Assembly (NCBI GenBank): GCA_951406725.2
Contig: OX597814.1
Coordinates: 225,246,001-225,310,000, forward strand
DNA length: 64,000 nucleotides
Reading direction: 5' to 3'
Source of the DNA: Octopus vulgaris
Lineage: Eukaryota
Numbering within the stretch: the first letter of the stretch is position 1; every line of letters begins with the position of its first letter. Positions 12,423-28,812 of this stretch are shown in pieces. The notes beneath the pieces are model-generated. The model searched no databases. It saw only the letters and a program-made list of their open reading frames with translations, and had not been told where the DNA came from. The position numbers and the translations under genes were made by a program.

Positions 12423-15400
12423 TCACCCATCTTTTTTGAATCTTTCGCGAGACAAAACTTCCCTCTCCATTCTCACCTTCCTTTTCAAGTGGTACTTGAA
12501 AAAGTTGATGAGCGATTGGCCAGAGAGGTAAGTGTTTGTCTCTAATCCTTTCGCTCGGGTCCACCACACACATTCTTTCACCATGGCCACCAGTACGATG
12601 AAAACTGCCTTGCCTTCCCGGTTGAGGGAAGGGGGCGGAGCAATACTCACGATAGACTCGGCCGATAGGCGGATTCGTCCCACACGTGACAGCAGCCGTT
12701 CGGCATAAGCCCACAGGTCTGAAATGGTTGGACATTGCACGAGTGCGTGCAGAACGGTTTCGTCGCTCTGACCGCATCTCGGGCAAGTCGGTCCAGTGTG
12801 TCTGGAACCGTGTCTGTAAAGCTTATCCCGAACAGGTAATGCTTCTCGATAGCACTGCCAGGCCAGGGATCTTTGGTGATTGTTCATAGGTCCCGGCCCG
12901 AAAGTTGTCCTGAACAGGCGGGTCAGGTGTTCCTCGTCGACGCCCAGACTCTGCCCGAGTTCGTCGTCGCACCTCCCCTCCACTAATCCTCTATAGAATG
13001 TCTTTGTTGTGATGGAGTCGCACAAGTTCGATCCCGGACGGCAGAGTTGCTTGAGAGCAACGCGACACTCGCGGTGCCATTCGCCTAGCCTCGGTCTCTG
13101 CTTGATCCATGACTGTAGTTCGGCCAAGGAGACGAGCTGCGGGAAAGCGCGCCGCACAAAAGGCGACCACACCTGTTCACCGTCGTCTATGAAGCGCCGG
13201 AGATGTCGCAGTCTCAGCGCATGTCTGCGCATCATCAACCACGGCATGCCCAGCCCTCCATTTAGCGGGTGTTGACAGCAAATGGATCGCCTAACCATCG
13301 GAACGTTTCCCTTCCACAAGAAGCGGAAGAGTATACGTTCCAGTTTGGTGATGGTAGGGTCGGGACAAGACACGACGGTCAGACGATACTCGATGACGGA
13401 TGCGATGTACGCGTTCGCCACCTCCGCCCGACCTTTTAGGGATAGCTTTCTCTCAGCCCATTTCTGGGTGAGAGTAGCCACCCTAGTCGTTATCTCGCCC
13501 CAGTTCTTCTCCATTTGGAGGTCCGGACCGAACCAGACCCCGAGCAATTTAACCGGTCCGTCCGTCCAGATGGAGACGGTGTTGGACGGCATGGGCCTGC
13601 TTCTCCAGGTGCCGAGCCGCAAGCCCACTGACTTTTCCCGGTTAATTTTTGCACCCGTTACCGCTTCGTATTCTTTTAGTGTCTCGCCGACCAGCTCGAT
13701 GTGCTCGTAGCTCGATACTATGACAGTGACGTCATCCGCGTATGCATACAGGCTCCTCCCGCATCCCAGCTCTCGTGGGATGCCCCTCAGCGTCGCCAGT
13801 TTCCGCAGTAGTGGCTCAAGAGTCAATACATACAGCAGCGATGAGAGGGGGCATCCCTGACGAACCGAACGCATGATGTTAAAAGGTCTGGATAGATGAC
13901 CATTTACGCGAACTATTGAGCGGATGCCGCTGTATAAGGCAGCGATCCAACCACGGAAAACTGGACCGAAACCAGCCGCTTTAAGGACAGCCTCTAAGTA
14001 GTAATGGTCTACCCTATCGAAAGCTTTTGATTGATCCAAATTGATCAGCGCCCCACCCATGCCAGGATTCTTAACTACCCTGTCTATGATGTAGCGCATC
14101 AGATGGAGGTTGTCATGAATACTTCTACCCGGCACGGCGCATGTTTGCGCCTTGTCGATTAGTTTCTTGAAGACAAGCGCCAACCTCTCGGCTAACACCT
14201 TGGACAAAATTTTCAAATCTGCGTTGAGCAGAGTGATGGGGCTGAAATTATCTATGACGTCCCCCTTGTTTGGGTCTTTCTTAATCAGTGCCACTGCTCC
14301 TCGCTTTACAAAAGCAGGAATACTCCCGTTTTGCTGCCAGTTGCAGTAGACAGCTGCCAAGACGCCTCCAAATAAGTCTGGCATATGAAAATAAAGTTCG
14401 TAGGGCAGACCATCCAAGCCTGGTGACTTGTCTCTCGCGCAGCCTACCATCGCATCCTGTACGTCCGCAGCTGTGATAGGCCTTTCACAAGACTCCACCT
14501 CTCTTGCTGAGAGTCGTGGCAAGGCATGCAGGTAAGCACTAAAGTCCACTCTGCGTTCTGACCCACCACTTGTCCCAAAGAGTTGGGTGAAGTGTTGTTG
14601 AAAAGCCCCACACATCCTTTTAGGCTCGAGCAATTCGCGCCCCTGTTCATCTATAAGAGACTTGATGGTGGCTATGTTGCCTCGTTGCGTCTCCACCACT
14701 CGGGCCTCTTGGGCGGCTCCAACTCTTTCGTTCCTCAGAGCACGCATCCTAGCTCTGACAACGCATCCCTCGTGTTTGGCGTTGAGGTGTTGGTCGAGGG
14801 CCAATCTCGCCGCCAGCACGTTGGACGCGATGCCAGTTCTAAGTGCCTCTTCTAAAACCTTAACTAATTCTCCCTCTATTCTATTTCGGTCTAATGCTAG
14901 GGCTTTACTGTATCTGACTGATTCTGCTTTAATTGCTTTTTTTAGGGCATACCACCATCTGTTGTTGATGATGGTACCCGTCAAAGCTCTCTTAACTAAT
15001 GTGCTGATCCGGTCCCTGTAAACCTGTCGTGCTGTAAAAGACGCGTTCAGTTTCCAGTAACCAGGACCCTGCCTATGTGTCTTATCTAAGTCAAGTGTAC
15101 AAGTCACAAACTTGTGATCTGTGTAACTGACTATATGAAATTGTGGACAACCTACACTATTTTTATCTATTGTCCTACATAATACTCTATCTAAGTATGA
15201 TCTGGACGACCCGATGCGGTTACTCCATGTCCACATTGGCACATTCGGGTGGTCCAGTCGGTACCTGTCAGACAGTTGGAAACGTCTGAGCAGGTCTTTG
15301 AGGCATTTGCATCCCCTTCTATTGCTATCTCTGCCCACGTAGTCTAGATGCGTGTCCAGGGTGGCATTCCAATCCCCCACTAAAAGTAAAGGACGAGACG

Positions 15401-15794
15401 TTCCCATGAAAGACTCTAGACGTCGAAAGAAATCTGGTCGGCCTGTTAAGTACGGAGCATAAACTGCTATCAGTCGAAAAGCACACTCATTGCTGTCATC
15501 GACATCCAAAACGACCAGCCTACCCTCCGGGTCTAGGAAAATTGCTCTTACTTTGAGATCCAGACTCTTCCGGAGAAGCACCGCGCTGCCACCTCCGCCC
15601 ATTCTCGGTAGACACGGAGAAAAATAAATGTTGAAATGTGTACCGAAACTGTGCTGGAGTGATCGCAAGCTGTGGAGTCTGGTCTCACTGATGGCTATGA
15701 TATTCAGATTTAGTGACTTGATGTCATTTAACAAGTAGCTTTGTTTCCAAGGTGACCCCAAGCCACGTACATTTATACTGCCTATTCTGAGCAT
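12423..15794 (-). CDS. LINE ORF2: APE endonuclease, reverse transcriptase and C-terminal zinc-binding region (Tx1 type)
   Basis: APE motifs SINVRGL, ISETR, VYAP, GDWN, YLDR, TDH; RT motifs PGLDGLP, LDQSKAFDRV, VRQGCPLS, YADD; CPRC..ETVLHALVQC. The true C-terminus probably runs to 12367 via an indel in a T-run (KRWVNVA...). Confidence 0.95.
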   Translation of the reverse strand: MLRIGSINVRGLGSPWKQSYLLNDIKSLNLNIIAISETRLHSLRSLQHSFGTHFNIYFSPCLPRMGGGGSAVLLRKSLDLKVRAIFLDPEGRLVVLDVDDSNECAFRLIAVYAPYLTGRPDFFRRLESFMGTSRPLLLVGDWNATLDTHLDYVGRDSNRRGCKCLKDLLRRFQLSDRYRLDHPNVPMWTWSNRIGSSRSYLDRVLCRTIDKNSVGCPQFHIVSYTDHKFVTCTLDLDKTHRQGPGYWKLNASFTARQVYRDRISTLVKRALTGTIINNRWWYALKKAIKAESVRYSKALALDRNRIEGELVKVLEEALRTGIASNVLAARLALDQHLNAKHEGCVVRARMRALRNERVGAAQEARVVETQRGNIATIKSLIDEQGRELLEPKRMCGAFQQHFTQLFGTSGGSERRVDFSAYLHALPRLSAREVESCERPITAADVQDAMVGCARDKSPGLDGLPYELYFHMPDLFGGVLAAVYCNWQQNGSIPAFVKRGAVALIKKDPNKGDVIDNFSPITLLNADLKILSKVLAERLALVFKKLIDKAQTCAVPGRSIHDNLHLMRYIIDRVVKNPGMGGALINLDQSKAFDRVDHYYLEAVLKAAGFGPVFRGWIAALYSGIRSIVRVNGHLSRPFNIMRSVRQGCPLSSLLYVLTLEPLLRKLATLRGIPRELGCGRSLYAYADDVTVIVSSYEHIELVGETLKEYEAVTGAKINREKSVGLRLGTWRSRPMPSNTVSIWTDGPVKLLGVWFGPDLQMEKNWGEITTRVATLTQKWAERKLSLKGRAEVANAYIASVIEYRLTVVSCPDPTITKLERILFRFLWKGNVPMVRRSICCQHPLNGGLGMPWLMMRRHALRLRHLRRFIDDGEQVWSPFVRRAFPQLVSLAELQSWIKQRPRLGEWHRECRVALKQLCRPGSNLCDSITTKTFYRGLVEGRCDDELGQSLGVDEEHLTRLFRTTFGPGPMNNHQRSLAWQCYREALPVRDKLYRHGSRHTGPTCPRCGQSDETVLHALVQCPTISDLWAYAERLLSRVGRIRLSAESIVSIAPPPSLNREGKAVFIVLVAMVKECVWWTRAKGLETNTYLSGQSLINFFKYHLKRKVRMEREVLSRERFKKDG

Positions 15795-15862
15795 GTTCCG
15801 ATAAAAAATTGTGTTTTACACACGAAAAGAAAGTGCAAAAAATGAAAGAGAGAGAGAAAAGG

Positions 15863-18072
15863 TTACTTGTTGTTCGAAAGTCCTTTGTTTTTCACCTCAC
15901 AGTCTTCTTCCATGAGGTTTTTGTATAGTTTCTTTGATGAGTACTTTTGAAATCTCCCTACTGCATCGCGGTAAAGAGATTTCAGGGTGCTGTATGTGTT
16001 CTGTGTTACGTGTATTATTTTAATGTTTTGTGGTGGTGTTGTGCGTGGGTGGTTACTTGTTTTTATGTCGTTTTCAGTTATGTTGGTATTTGACCTAATG
16101 TGTTCCATTAGGTCGTGGTTGTTTGTGTTTATGGCTGTCAACATTGTTGGGGGGTTTGATGATGGTGTGTTTGTGTTGATGTGTTTGTTTTCTGTGGATG
16201 TTTTTGTTTCGGGAGTGGTGAATCTTCCTGCTTTGTTTGTTATCTTTTCTTTTCTTTTTTTTCCCCTTTTTCTCCCCCCCCCCCCCCCCTGTGGCTATTT
16301 GCCAATCTTCTGTGTCTTCTTCGTGTAATGACAAATCAGAAGAATCAGAGCTTGGAAGAGGGAAAATATTGGGGTCTATTGTAGACTGTGTTGATTTTGT
16401 TGTTGGTGTTGGTTGGTGAGCGTTAGGTTGTGGTGTATGCGGTTTTGGAGGTGGGGTGTGGGTATTTTGTGTTTGAGTGATTGTAGGTATTGTTGTATTG
16501 TTTGGGGTGTCAATTTTGTGGGGATTTGGAGTAGTAATTGTTTCTTCATTTTCGATGAGTGTCTTTTTGGCAGATGTTCTTGGTTTGGGAGTTGGTTTAT
16601 TCTTGGTTGTTGTTGTTGGTGGTGTTGCTTCTGTTCTTGGTGCAGTTGGTGTGGTTGTTTGGTTGGTGAGGTTTGTTTTTTGTTGATTTTCTGTGATTAG
16701 TCCTGTTCGTGCAAAACGTGGTGTGGGTAGTAAAGCTGGTTTATTTGTTTTTTCCGGCTGCCGTTATTGTTGTTTTCTTGCGGCAGATTTGCAATCTTTT
16801 TTTAGGTGTTGCTCACTGCCGCATATGTAGCAACGTGGTCTTCTGCCATCGACGACCACATACAACTTGTGGTCTTCTGATACACATATCTGGGTGGGTA
16901 TTTTTTTATGTCCTCTTGGTTTATATGTAGTAGAAATTCTACTTTTTTCCCACCCAGTTTTTGTGCTTCGTGACCGTGGTTTCTAAAATTGTGAAATCTT
17001 CCATTTTCACACATAAGGCCTTTACTAGCCATAGATTGTTAGCTATTTTTGGGACATTGTTTAAAATGATCTTAGTCACTTTCTGTCCACGATAGCTTGG
17101 TGTTAATTGAAGTTCATCTGAATGAAGAGTTAGCGTTGAGAAACGTCTTGCTAACTCTTCAGTGTGGAATACCACTTGTATGTGTGCGAACTTGTTCCAC
17201 CAGGTCACATACTCTTTGTAGTTCCAGATGGGTTTCAAGCATTTTTCGATTTTGCTTGTGTTAGCCTTCTCTGGACTTTTTGTTTTCTTATTAATTATTT
17301 TATATATAATTGTTCTTTTCTTTTCATCTTCTAATATTTCTTGTGGTATGTTTATTTTTACTATACCATCTACTTCCGTTATTAAAATGTTCGTGTCTTT
17401 TATTTGTTGTGCAGTAAAACATACTGTTGTCTTTTTTTCTTTTATCGCCTCGGCGAAATTTGTTGTTTTTTTGTTATTGTTGTTGCTGGTGGTGATGTTG
17501 TTGTTGGCTGCAGTTGGTAAAATCGGTGTATTTGGTTTGATTGTGCAAGTAGGAAATGGTGGAAAATTACTTGCATAGTTTATCCCTGTATTCGAGCAGC
17601 TTTTGTCAATTTGTTTGGTGGTCACAGTCTTTTGTTTATTCCCTTCAGTTCTTGTTGTTGGAGGAGACAAGGTCTGAACGGGATTGTTGTTGTTGTTATT
17701 GTTGTTTTTGTTGTTGGCGGTGGTGTCAGTGGCAGAAGAGACAGCCGTGGTAGCAGATGTCGAAATGGTGGCGCAAATGTTATTATTCTTGTTGTCATTG
17801 TTATTGTTGTTGTCGTTGGTAGTTGAGGTAGTGGATGAGGTGGTGGTGGTGGATGAGGCGGTGGTGATAGCAGTAGTAGTCTTGTTGTTGTTGTTGTTAG
17901 TGGTGGTGGTGACAGTGCTGTTATCGCAAGTGGTTGCAGCGTTCACTGCCATGTCATTTAGGTTTGCACTTTGCGTGCATGAGTTCTTTTTTTCTTCTAG
18001 CGTTTCCAGACTAGGAGAATGTTGGTCGATAAAGGAACGCGACCAGCGTTCTACAATACAATTTCTCGACAT
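15863..18072 (-). pseudogene. LINE ORF1 (gag-like, CCHC knuckle), split by several frameshifts
   Basis: Pieces 16939..18072, 16802..17032, 16095..16334 and 15863..16144; manual translation near 16790-16890 gives VVVDGRRPRCYICGSEQHLKKDC (Cx2Cx4Hx4C). Confidence 0.85.
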
Positions 18073-18255
18073 TTTCGAAATGTCGAGAAAAAATTACACA
18101 AATTAAATAGGGTTGAAACTGCCCCTAGGGGCGAATTCCTCCCTTGGAAAAGCACTCAAACGAAAGTTGGGTGCCTTACACACCTTATTTACAAAAATGT
18201 ACACAAAAATTGGGCTATAAATAGTCAAAATAAAGGATTACCTTCGGAGCCGAGG

Positions 18256-18332
<77 letters not shown>
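18256..18332. repeat. (GATA)n array, 5' flank of the Tx1 element
   Basis: Direct. Confidence 0.97.
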
Positions 18333-18333
<1 letters not shown>

Positions 18334-18469
18334 TGGTGGTAGTAAATGAGAGTTGAACGAAAAGGATGGAGCGCGAGGCAGTTAATTGTATGTTCCCGTT
18401 AATTTCATTCTGAATATTAATTGACATTCAAAATGCGAACGCTTAGTTCTCGTCCTCCTCATCGTGGCT

Positions 18470-18739
18470 GTCGTCGTCATCAACATCATCTTCGTCTCCA
18501 TCGTCGTCGTCGTCGTCGTCATGGTCCTCCGTTGTCATCAATGTTTTTGCCCTTCTTACCTGCGCCATTTCGAAGTCTTTGTGACGAACGTTGTAATTGC
18601 CATTGCTTCCTCATCCTCCTCCTCACTGCACTTTGCTTTCACATTATCGTCAGTATCATCATCATCATCATCTTCGTCGTCGTCGTCGTCGTCGTCGTCA
18701 TCATCATCATCATCATCATCATCGTCGTCGTCGTCGTCG

Positions 18740-18801
<62 letters not shown>

Positions 18802-18830
18802 ATCATCGTCGTTGTCGTCATCGTCAGCGT
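18470..18830. repeat. Compound (TCA)n/(TCG)n trinucleotide repeat
   Basis: Direct; source of the poly-S/H/R/I/V ORFs. Confidence 0.95.
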
Positions 18831-18857
18831 TCTCCTCCTACAACTATTCTTCCACAA

Positions 18858-19052
18858 GTAGCACGTCCGTCAGACAAAATGCTCAGGAGCATCTATTCTG
18901 ACTCGTTACGTTCTGAGTTCAAATTCCGCCGAGTTCGACTTTACCATTCATCTTTTCGGATGGATAAAATGAAGTGCCAGTCAAATACTAGAGTTAATAT
19001 ATTCAAGTATCCCCTTCTCCTTAAAATTGCTGGCCTTGTGCAAAAATTTAAA
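18858..19052 (+). mobile_element. tRNA-derived SINE (5'-clipped)
   Basis: GAGTTCAAATTCCGCCGAGTTCGACTTTACCATTCATCTTTTCGG core. Confidence 0.85.
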
Positions 19053-19070
19053 GGGATTATTATTATTATT

Positions 19071-21620
19071 CCTTCGTAACACAGTGCACCGAAGTCTTTA
19101 GTCATCTGTCAAGTCACAACAAGGGCGTTAGACAGATAATACTTTCCTTAAGATGTGCACTGTGCCCAATAAGATTGCTCTTTGCAAGACATCAATCTTG
19201 CACGGGATTTCCAGTTGCTTTAAGAAGTCTTGAAGTTTCAATGGGATTGAGCCCAACGCTCCGATCACCACTGATATCACTTTTACATTACCCTCCCGCA
19301 TTCCATACAGTCTTGCCATTTCCACTTTCAATTCATAGAATTTAGTGATTTTTTCAACCTCTTTTTTTCACAACATTCGTGTCATTTGGTATGGCTACAT
19401 CAATGATCTGACAGTATTTGTCTCTCTTACTCAATATGACAGTATCCGGCCGACGGTGTTCGATTACACGATCTGTCTGAAAATCATAATCCCAGAGTAT
19501 CGTTACTTTTCCATCCTCCTCCATAACTTTACTTGGTACATGCTCATACCAGCTCTCTGTTACTTCATATTGGTATTTACAGCACAAGAGCCAATGAAGA
19601 TATACACACACTTTATCGTGGCGGCGCTTGTATTCTTTTTGTGCAAGGCTCTCACATACACTTACAAAGTGGGTCACATTTTCACACTCTTTCCACAGAG
19701 TCTGCATTTCTGGGTGTCAAAAGTTTTATAGATTTTATACTTCACCGAATTGGTAGCGAGAGCCTGGTGTTGTACAGCAATGATCAGGCTTTCGCTGGTA
19801 CGCTTCAGATTACCTCGCTCAAGCCATGTCCACGATGCAGTATTATCCTTGACATCCTGTGTATTCCTTTCAAACTGTTCATGCATTCTCATCTCAAGAC
19901 GGTCTCTTCTCCCCAGCTCTTTGGTTAAACTTTTCCTTGCCCATCATTTCATCTGCATTTACACCCATATCTTTTAGGGCATATTGCAGCAAGTCTTCAT
20001 CTTTTCATCACTATTTATCAAATACTCAGCAAGGGTTCTCCTTTCACTCCTTATACAATGGTCTTTACTAATTAGTCCCCTGCCACCATTCTTTCTTTTT
20101 ATATACCGTCTGTTTACTTTTGCTTTAGGGTGTAGTGCCCCATGCAGCTTCATCAACTTTCTCGTCTTTCTATGCAGTGTTGATATTTCCTCCTTAGTCC
20201 ATTTGATGATGGACGCACTATATCTGACCACCGCAACTGCCCAGATATTCATTGCGGTAGTCAAATGTTAGGCATTCAGGTTGGATTTCAACACCATCTT
20301 CACCTTTTTTTGATATGCCTCGCTGACTTTGACTTTCATTTCTCGGTGTAAAATGTCATCCAGCTCCAAAATCCCTAAATATCCATACCCACTACTATCG
20401 GGTTCACCCATGGTCTCTCCTGACGGTAACCGCAATCCTCTGCAGGCTGATTTCTTCCCTCATTTCATATTTAGTAACCCATCTTAACTTTCCTTAGTGT
20501 CATTGTTATGGGCATTAGTGCAATTACAAAAAGTAACGGAGAAAATGAGTCACCTCGGAAGATTCCCCTTTTAATATTAACTTCCCCAAGGAATACATTA
20601 CTTGAGTACAATTTGGTTTTCCACTCTTTCATAATATGCATGAGAAAATTTGTGATGCATAGCATGAACACCAAATATCTGCAGGCATTCAACGTTCCAA
20701 GAATGAGCCATCATATCATATGCGTTCTCAAAGTCAATCCAAGCCATAGATATGTTTGTATGATGTTTTTTACAATGACTCAAAACTGTTTTATCTGTGA
20801 CCAGGTGAATCTTAGTACCCTGATAACTCTTCCTACATCCTTTTTATTCCCTTGACAGTATTTCTTCCTGTGCCAGGAAAGTTTATGTCTTTGCCGCACA
20901 TATTCCAGTGAGTATCTTCCAGATTATGTTTAGGCATGCTATGGGACGGTAGTTTCGCACAATAATCCCCTTTCTTCTATCTTTCATTACGAGTGTTGTC
21001 CTCCCAGTCACGATCCTCGCGGGGACAGTGCCTTTCTGAATACACTCATTCAATTGGGCTACTAGTCTTCCATGCACCACGTAGCATCTCTTCGGCCAAA
21101 AGCCATGAATCCCATCTCGTCCGGGGGTTTTCCAGTTAGGCACTTTACCCACTTGTTTTTTCACATCATCCATGCTTATGACAATATTCCTTTGTTTCTT
21201 TCTTCCTTGTAATTCTTTCTTGATAGTTCCTATCCACATTGCATCCCTTTTATGCCCCACATTGTTCCCCCATAATCTGCTCTAGAGCTCCTTCGCTTGA
21301 TTTGCATCAGGAGCAACATTTCCCCCATTGTCTTCTTCTAACATTCGGAAAAATTGCATCGGGTAATTTTTGAAAAATCTATTCTCGAACTGCTTATTTC
21401 TGTTCACAAATCTTCTGGCCTTTTGCCATAATCCTCTGTTTTAACTGCTCTATTACTGCATCAAACCAGTTCTTCCGTATTTTATAGTTCTTCTCTAATT
21501 TTTCTCAGTTGGTCTTTTTCCCATTTTCCAGTTTCCTCTTAACCATTGCTCAATTTTCCCTAGATCTTGCCTTGCCCGCATTATGTCCTTTTCTAAGAAC
21601 AATTCAGCTTTCTCTGTTCG
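19071..21620 (-). mobile_element. Decayed R4/Dong-type LINE (RT, CCHC and restriction-like endonuclease)
   Basis: NYRPIACL, WIDFENAYD, GIFRGDSFSPLLF, CRLCG, RRHDKV, ILWD..RRPD..IIDVAIP, VIGALG; fragmented; 3' end abuts (TAA)n. Confidence 0.9.
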
Positions 21621-21723
21621 GATACGAATATACAAAAGATGATCTTTAGTGAATTTTAAAACTTTAATATCTACAATTTTCTGTGAAAATATTTTACCCC
21701 CTTTTCTTTCCTTTCTATATATT

Positions 21724-21726
<3 letters not shown>

Positions 21727-21813
<87 letters not shown>

Positions 21814-21829
21814 TATTATTATTATTATT
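21727..21829. repeat. (TA)n followed by (TAA)n flipping to (ATT)n
   Basis: Direct. Confidence 0.9.
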
Positions 21830-22574
<745 letters not shown>

Positions 22575-22575
22575 T

Positions 22576-22885
22576 TATGTTTGACTTTTGCTTTACATTT
22601 GTACAAGTTGGGTCTAAGTCTCACCCAGAGACCTCGAGAGATAACAATTTGGATGTTCATGTTGGTGTTATGCCTAGGTTGCCATATATTCGGTTTTGTA
22701 CATAGTGTTATTCTAGAGAATGTTTAAGAAAACATAATAAAATGTGTTTGTTTTAAAACTTGAGATTACATAGAAAGTATTTTGCGTAGGATATGAGCAG
22801 TTCCCATGGGCACTCTCTTTTGAATTTCTGCCATTTTGGGGGTTTTCTGGTATCTGAGCTAGGTAGCAATCAGACCCTTTTGCTG
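22576..22885 (-). mobile_element. R4/Dong-type LINE 3' fragment (third family)
   Basis: Minus strand translates ...MAEIQKRVPMGTAHILRKILSM*, homologous to LQRAILLGTVHILRKVLSV* at 19128; flanked by (ATT)n. Confidence 0.85.
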
Positions 22886-22916
22886 ATTATCATTATTATT
22901 ATTATCATTATTATTA

Positions 22917-23576
<660 letters not shown>

Positions 23577-23582
23577 TATTAA

Positions 23583-23639
<57 letters not shown>

Positions 23640-23646
23640 CATTATT

Positions 23647-23681
<35 letters not shown>

Positions 23682-23688
23682 CATTATA

Positions 23689-25420
<1,732 letters not shown>

Positions 25421-25458
25421 TATTATTATTATTATTATTATCATTATTATTATCATTA

Positions 25459-25495
<37 letters not shown>

Positions 25496-25578
25496 TATTA
25501 TCATTATTATTATTATTATTATTATTATCATTATCATTGTTATTATTATTATCATTATTATTATTATTATTATTATTA

Positions 25579-25609
<31 letters not shown>

Positions 25610-25616
25610 CATTATT

Positions 25617-25647
<31 letters not shown>

Positions 25648-25648
25648 G

Positions 25649-25693
<45 letters not shown>

Positions 25694-25725
25694 TATCATT
25701 ATTATTATCATTATTATTATCATTA

Positions 25726-25770
<45 letters not shown>

Positions 25771-25771
25771 G

Positions 25772-25810
<39 letters not shown>

Positions 25811-25841
25811 TATCATTATTATTATTATCATTATTATTATC

Positions 25842-25921
<80 letters not shown>

Positions 25922-25948
25922 ATATTATTATTATCATTATTATTATCA

Positions 25949-25993
<45 letters not shown>

Positions 25994-25994
25994 G

Positions 25995-26060
<66 letters not shown>

Positions 26061-26073
26061 CATTATTATTATC

Positions 26074-26120
<47 letters not shown>

Positions 26121-26136
26121 CATTATCATTATCATT

Positions 26137-26214
<78 letters not shown>

Positions 26215-26749
26215 ATCTTACATGTCTTCATAAGCCTACCTCTCATCATTATCATCACCATCATTCCACTTGCTCTTCCTTCTCTTACATCATGTTTGAA
26301 TTTCTCTTCTTAAGCAATCCCACCATCAACATCATCATCATCATCATCGTCGTCGTCGCTGTTGCCATCACCATCGTCTCCACAATCCTATTATGACCAC
26401 CACCACCATACCCATTTTCTCCTTCATCATCATGAGAAATATAAGGCTCCGTATCAGTAAAGCGGATTAAAAGATTTTCTCAGACCCCTGAGGGTTGGAG
26501 CCAATTACACGTAATTGATTCCATTTTCATGGAACTTTCCGATCGATCCTATAGTCTTTGCTTGTATGTATTCTTGTAAGCACACCGATTTATATATCTA
26601 TATCTATATCTGTAACAAGCGAACTATCCATATATGTACATGCAGATATGCGTGTGTGTATGTATGTGTAGGGTGGATGTACATATATATATACGCATAC
26701 ATATATTTGTATGTAAATACATACACACAAACACATATCTCACATACAC

Positions 26750-26858
<109 letters not shown>

Positions 26859-27602
26859 ATTATATACATATACCGGGTGGATGTACGCATATATATATAT
26901 ATATACCGTGTTATATTTTACTGAATCTTCACATATCGTTTCTTTTTGTCTCCCGATTGTAATCGACAGAAGATTGAAAATACGAAATCCACAATGCGAT
27001 TAATGAAGTGGAAATCGTAATGTACGGAATGCCCTGTACTAGTTTTTTAAAAATTAGTTGTAATTCCATTTTTTTTTTCAGGAAAGAAAAGCCTTGCAGC
27101 TTTGTTAACGCTTAACTAAGTGTCTATGTATGTGTATACACACATGTACACTACACCCATATACATCTATAATAATGCCAAAACAAATTCCTGTGTGTCA
27201 GCCTTTGACCCCACTCTCTTACTATTCAAACACACTTCTACTATTCCTCATGATGGGGCGAGAGTAATAGTAATCACAGGGACGGTGAATTTGGTAGTAG
27301 ATTGACAGTTGTGATGGTAATTGGGTGATAGTAATAGTATAGGTTGTAATTGTAATAGAGGCTGGGGACACGGTGATGATGGTGGTGGTGGTGGTGGTGT
27401 TGGTGGTGGTGGTAGCCTAGGGAGTCAGGGATGACGGTGATAGTAAGCGATGTTAAGGACAGTGGTGATGGTGGTGGAGGAGAAGGCGGCGAAATTAAAC
27501 GTATTGATGGTGGTGGCGTGAGAAGTCTGAATGGTGTATGTATGGTATTTGTGGTGATGATGATGGTGATATTGGTGATGGTGATGGTTGAAAACAATCA
27601 AC

Positions 27603-27645
<43 letters not shown>

Positions 27646-28393
27646 GAAGACTAGACAGAAAAAATTGTACTGACCCCTTAATGAGAAGACAAAAATGTTG
27701 TTTATCATGCAGCTTTGCAATAAATTTCAAGTCGTCAAATTATATAATTATTTTGATGAACATTGTTCATTGCTTGAAAAATATTGGTCAAGTTTAATAA
27801 AATTTAATAGGCACGCAATGCATGAAGTGTCATTGTTGGGCCCAAGGCCCAATAAAAAGTCCTCCACAGAAGCTAGTGCATACATACATACATACATACA
27901 TACATACATACATTTATATGTCTGTGTGTGTGCCTGTGGGGTGGCGTATGCAGTGAGATAAATTAGAAACTTAGGAAATTCGGGCGAATATTTTAGTCAG
28001 CACTCCATGTGAAATCCTGATTAACAGAATATAATGAAAGGAAACCTTCCAAGATTTTATTGACTCTAGATTGCCAGGCTTTTACAGTTTCGGGCTGGAC
28101 ATGCTACCGCTCAAATTGCAAAAGTGTATTGAAAATATGGTTGCATACTTTGATGAATAAAACTATTCCTTGTATTTATGAAACGTTAGCAAAACCTTTT
28201 TGTCTTTTGTATAAATTTCATACTTGACGACCTAACAGTAAACGAACGACGGAATGGTGACGATGGTATTACATATCTTTATTAAGCGGTTACGATCGTT
28301 TCAAAAGATAGCGGAACCATTTCAGTATTTCACACGTTGGTTTATGCAAATAAAAATTATGTAAATCCGTACAATAATCAATGAGCATATGGT

Positions 28394-28812
28394 CAGGGCC
28401 GGATTAAGACTCATCGAGGCACTAAGCACTTAAAAAGATTTTGGTACCCCCACAGAAGATTATGTAATTCAAAATATAAACAATAACAAACCATAAAATA
28501 ATTTTTTAATTTTCAAAACGAAACAAAATAGTAAGAGGGAAAATAATGTTTATTTTTGTATACTTCTATTTTTTGAAAAGTTTCTTCCTACTTTTTTGAA
28601 TTACAAAGTCTTTGATCAGATCCTCAGAATTAATCTTAGGTAACACATCTGCATCTATACTTAGTAGAGATAAAGGCATCCTGAATATTATTTTAGCAAG
28701 TTTAAAATGATTTCTTTTGTGCCGTAAACCATTAACCATTTCTGTATTGCCCTCTCCTTTCCTTGATGCCCTAAGCACGTGCTTATTTTGCTTAATGGTT
28801 AATCCAACGCTG
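28394..28812 (-). mobile_element. Non-autonomous hAT-type element with transposase C-terminal remnant
   Basis: TIRs CAGGGCCGGATTAA / TTAATCCAACGCTG; LSLLSIDADVLPKINSEDLIKDFVIQKSRK resembles the end of the hAT dimerisation region; TSD not preserved. Confidence 0.7.

Noticed and set aside
12686-17826. Plus-strand ORFs overlapping the Tx1 element
   Set aside because: Antisense shadows of ORF1/ORF2
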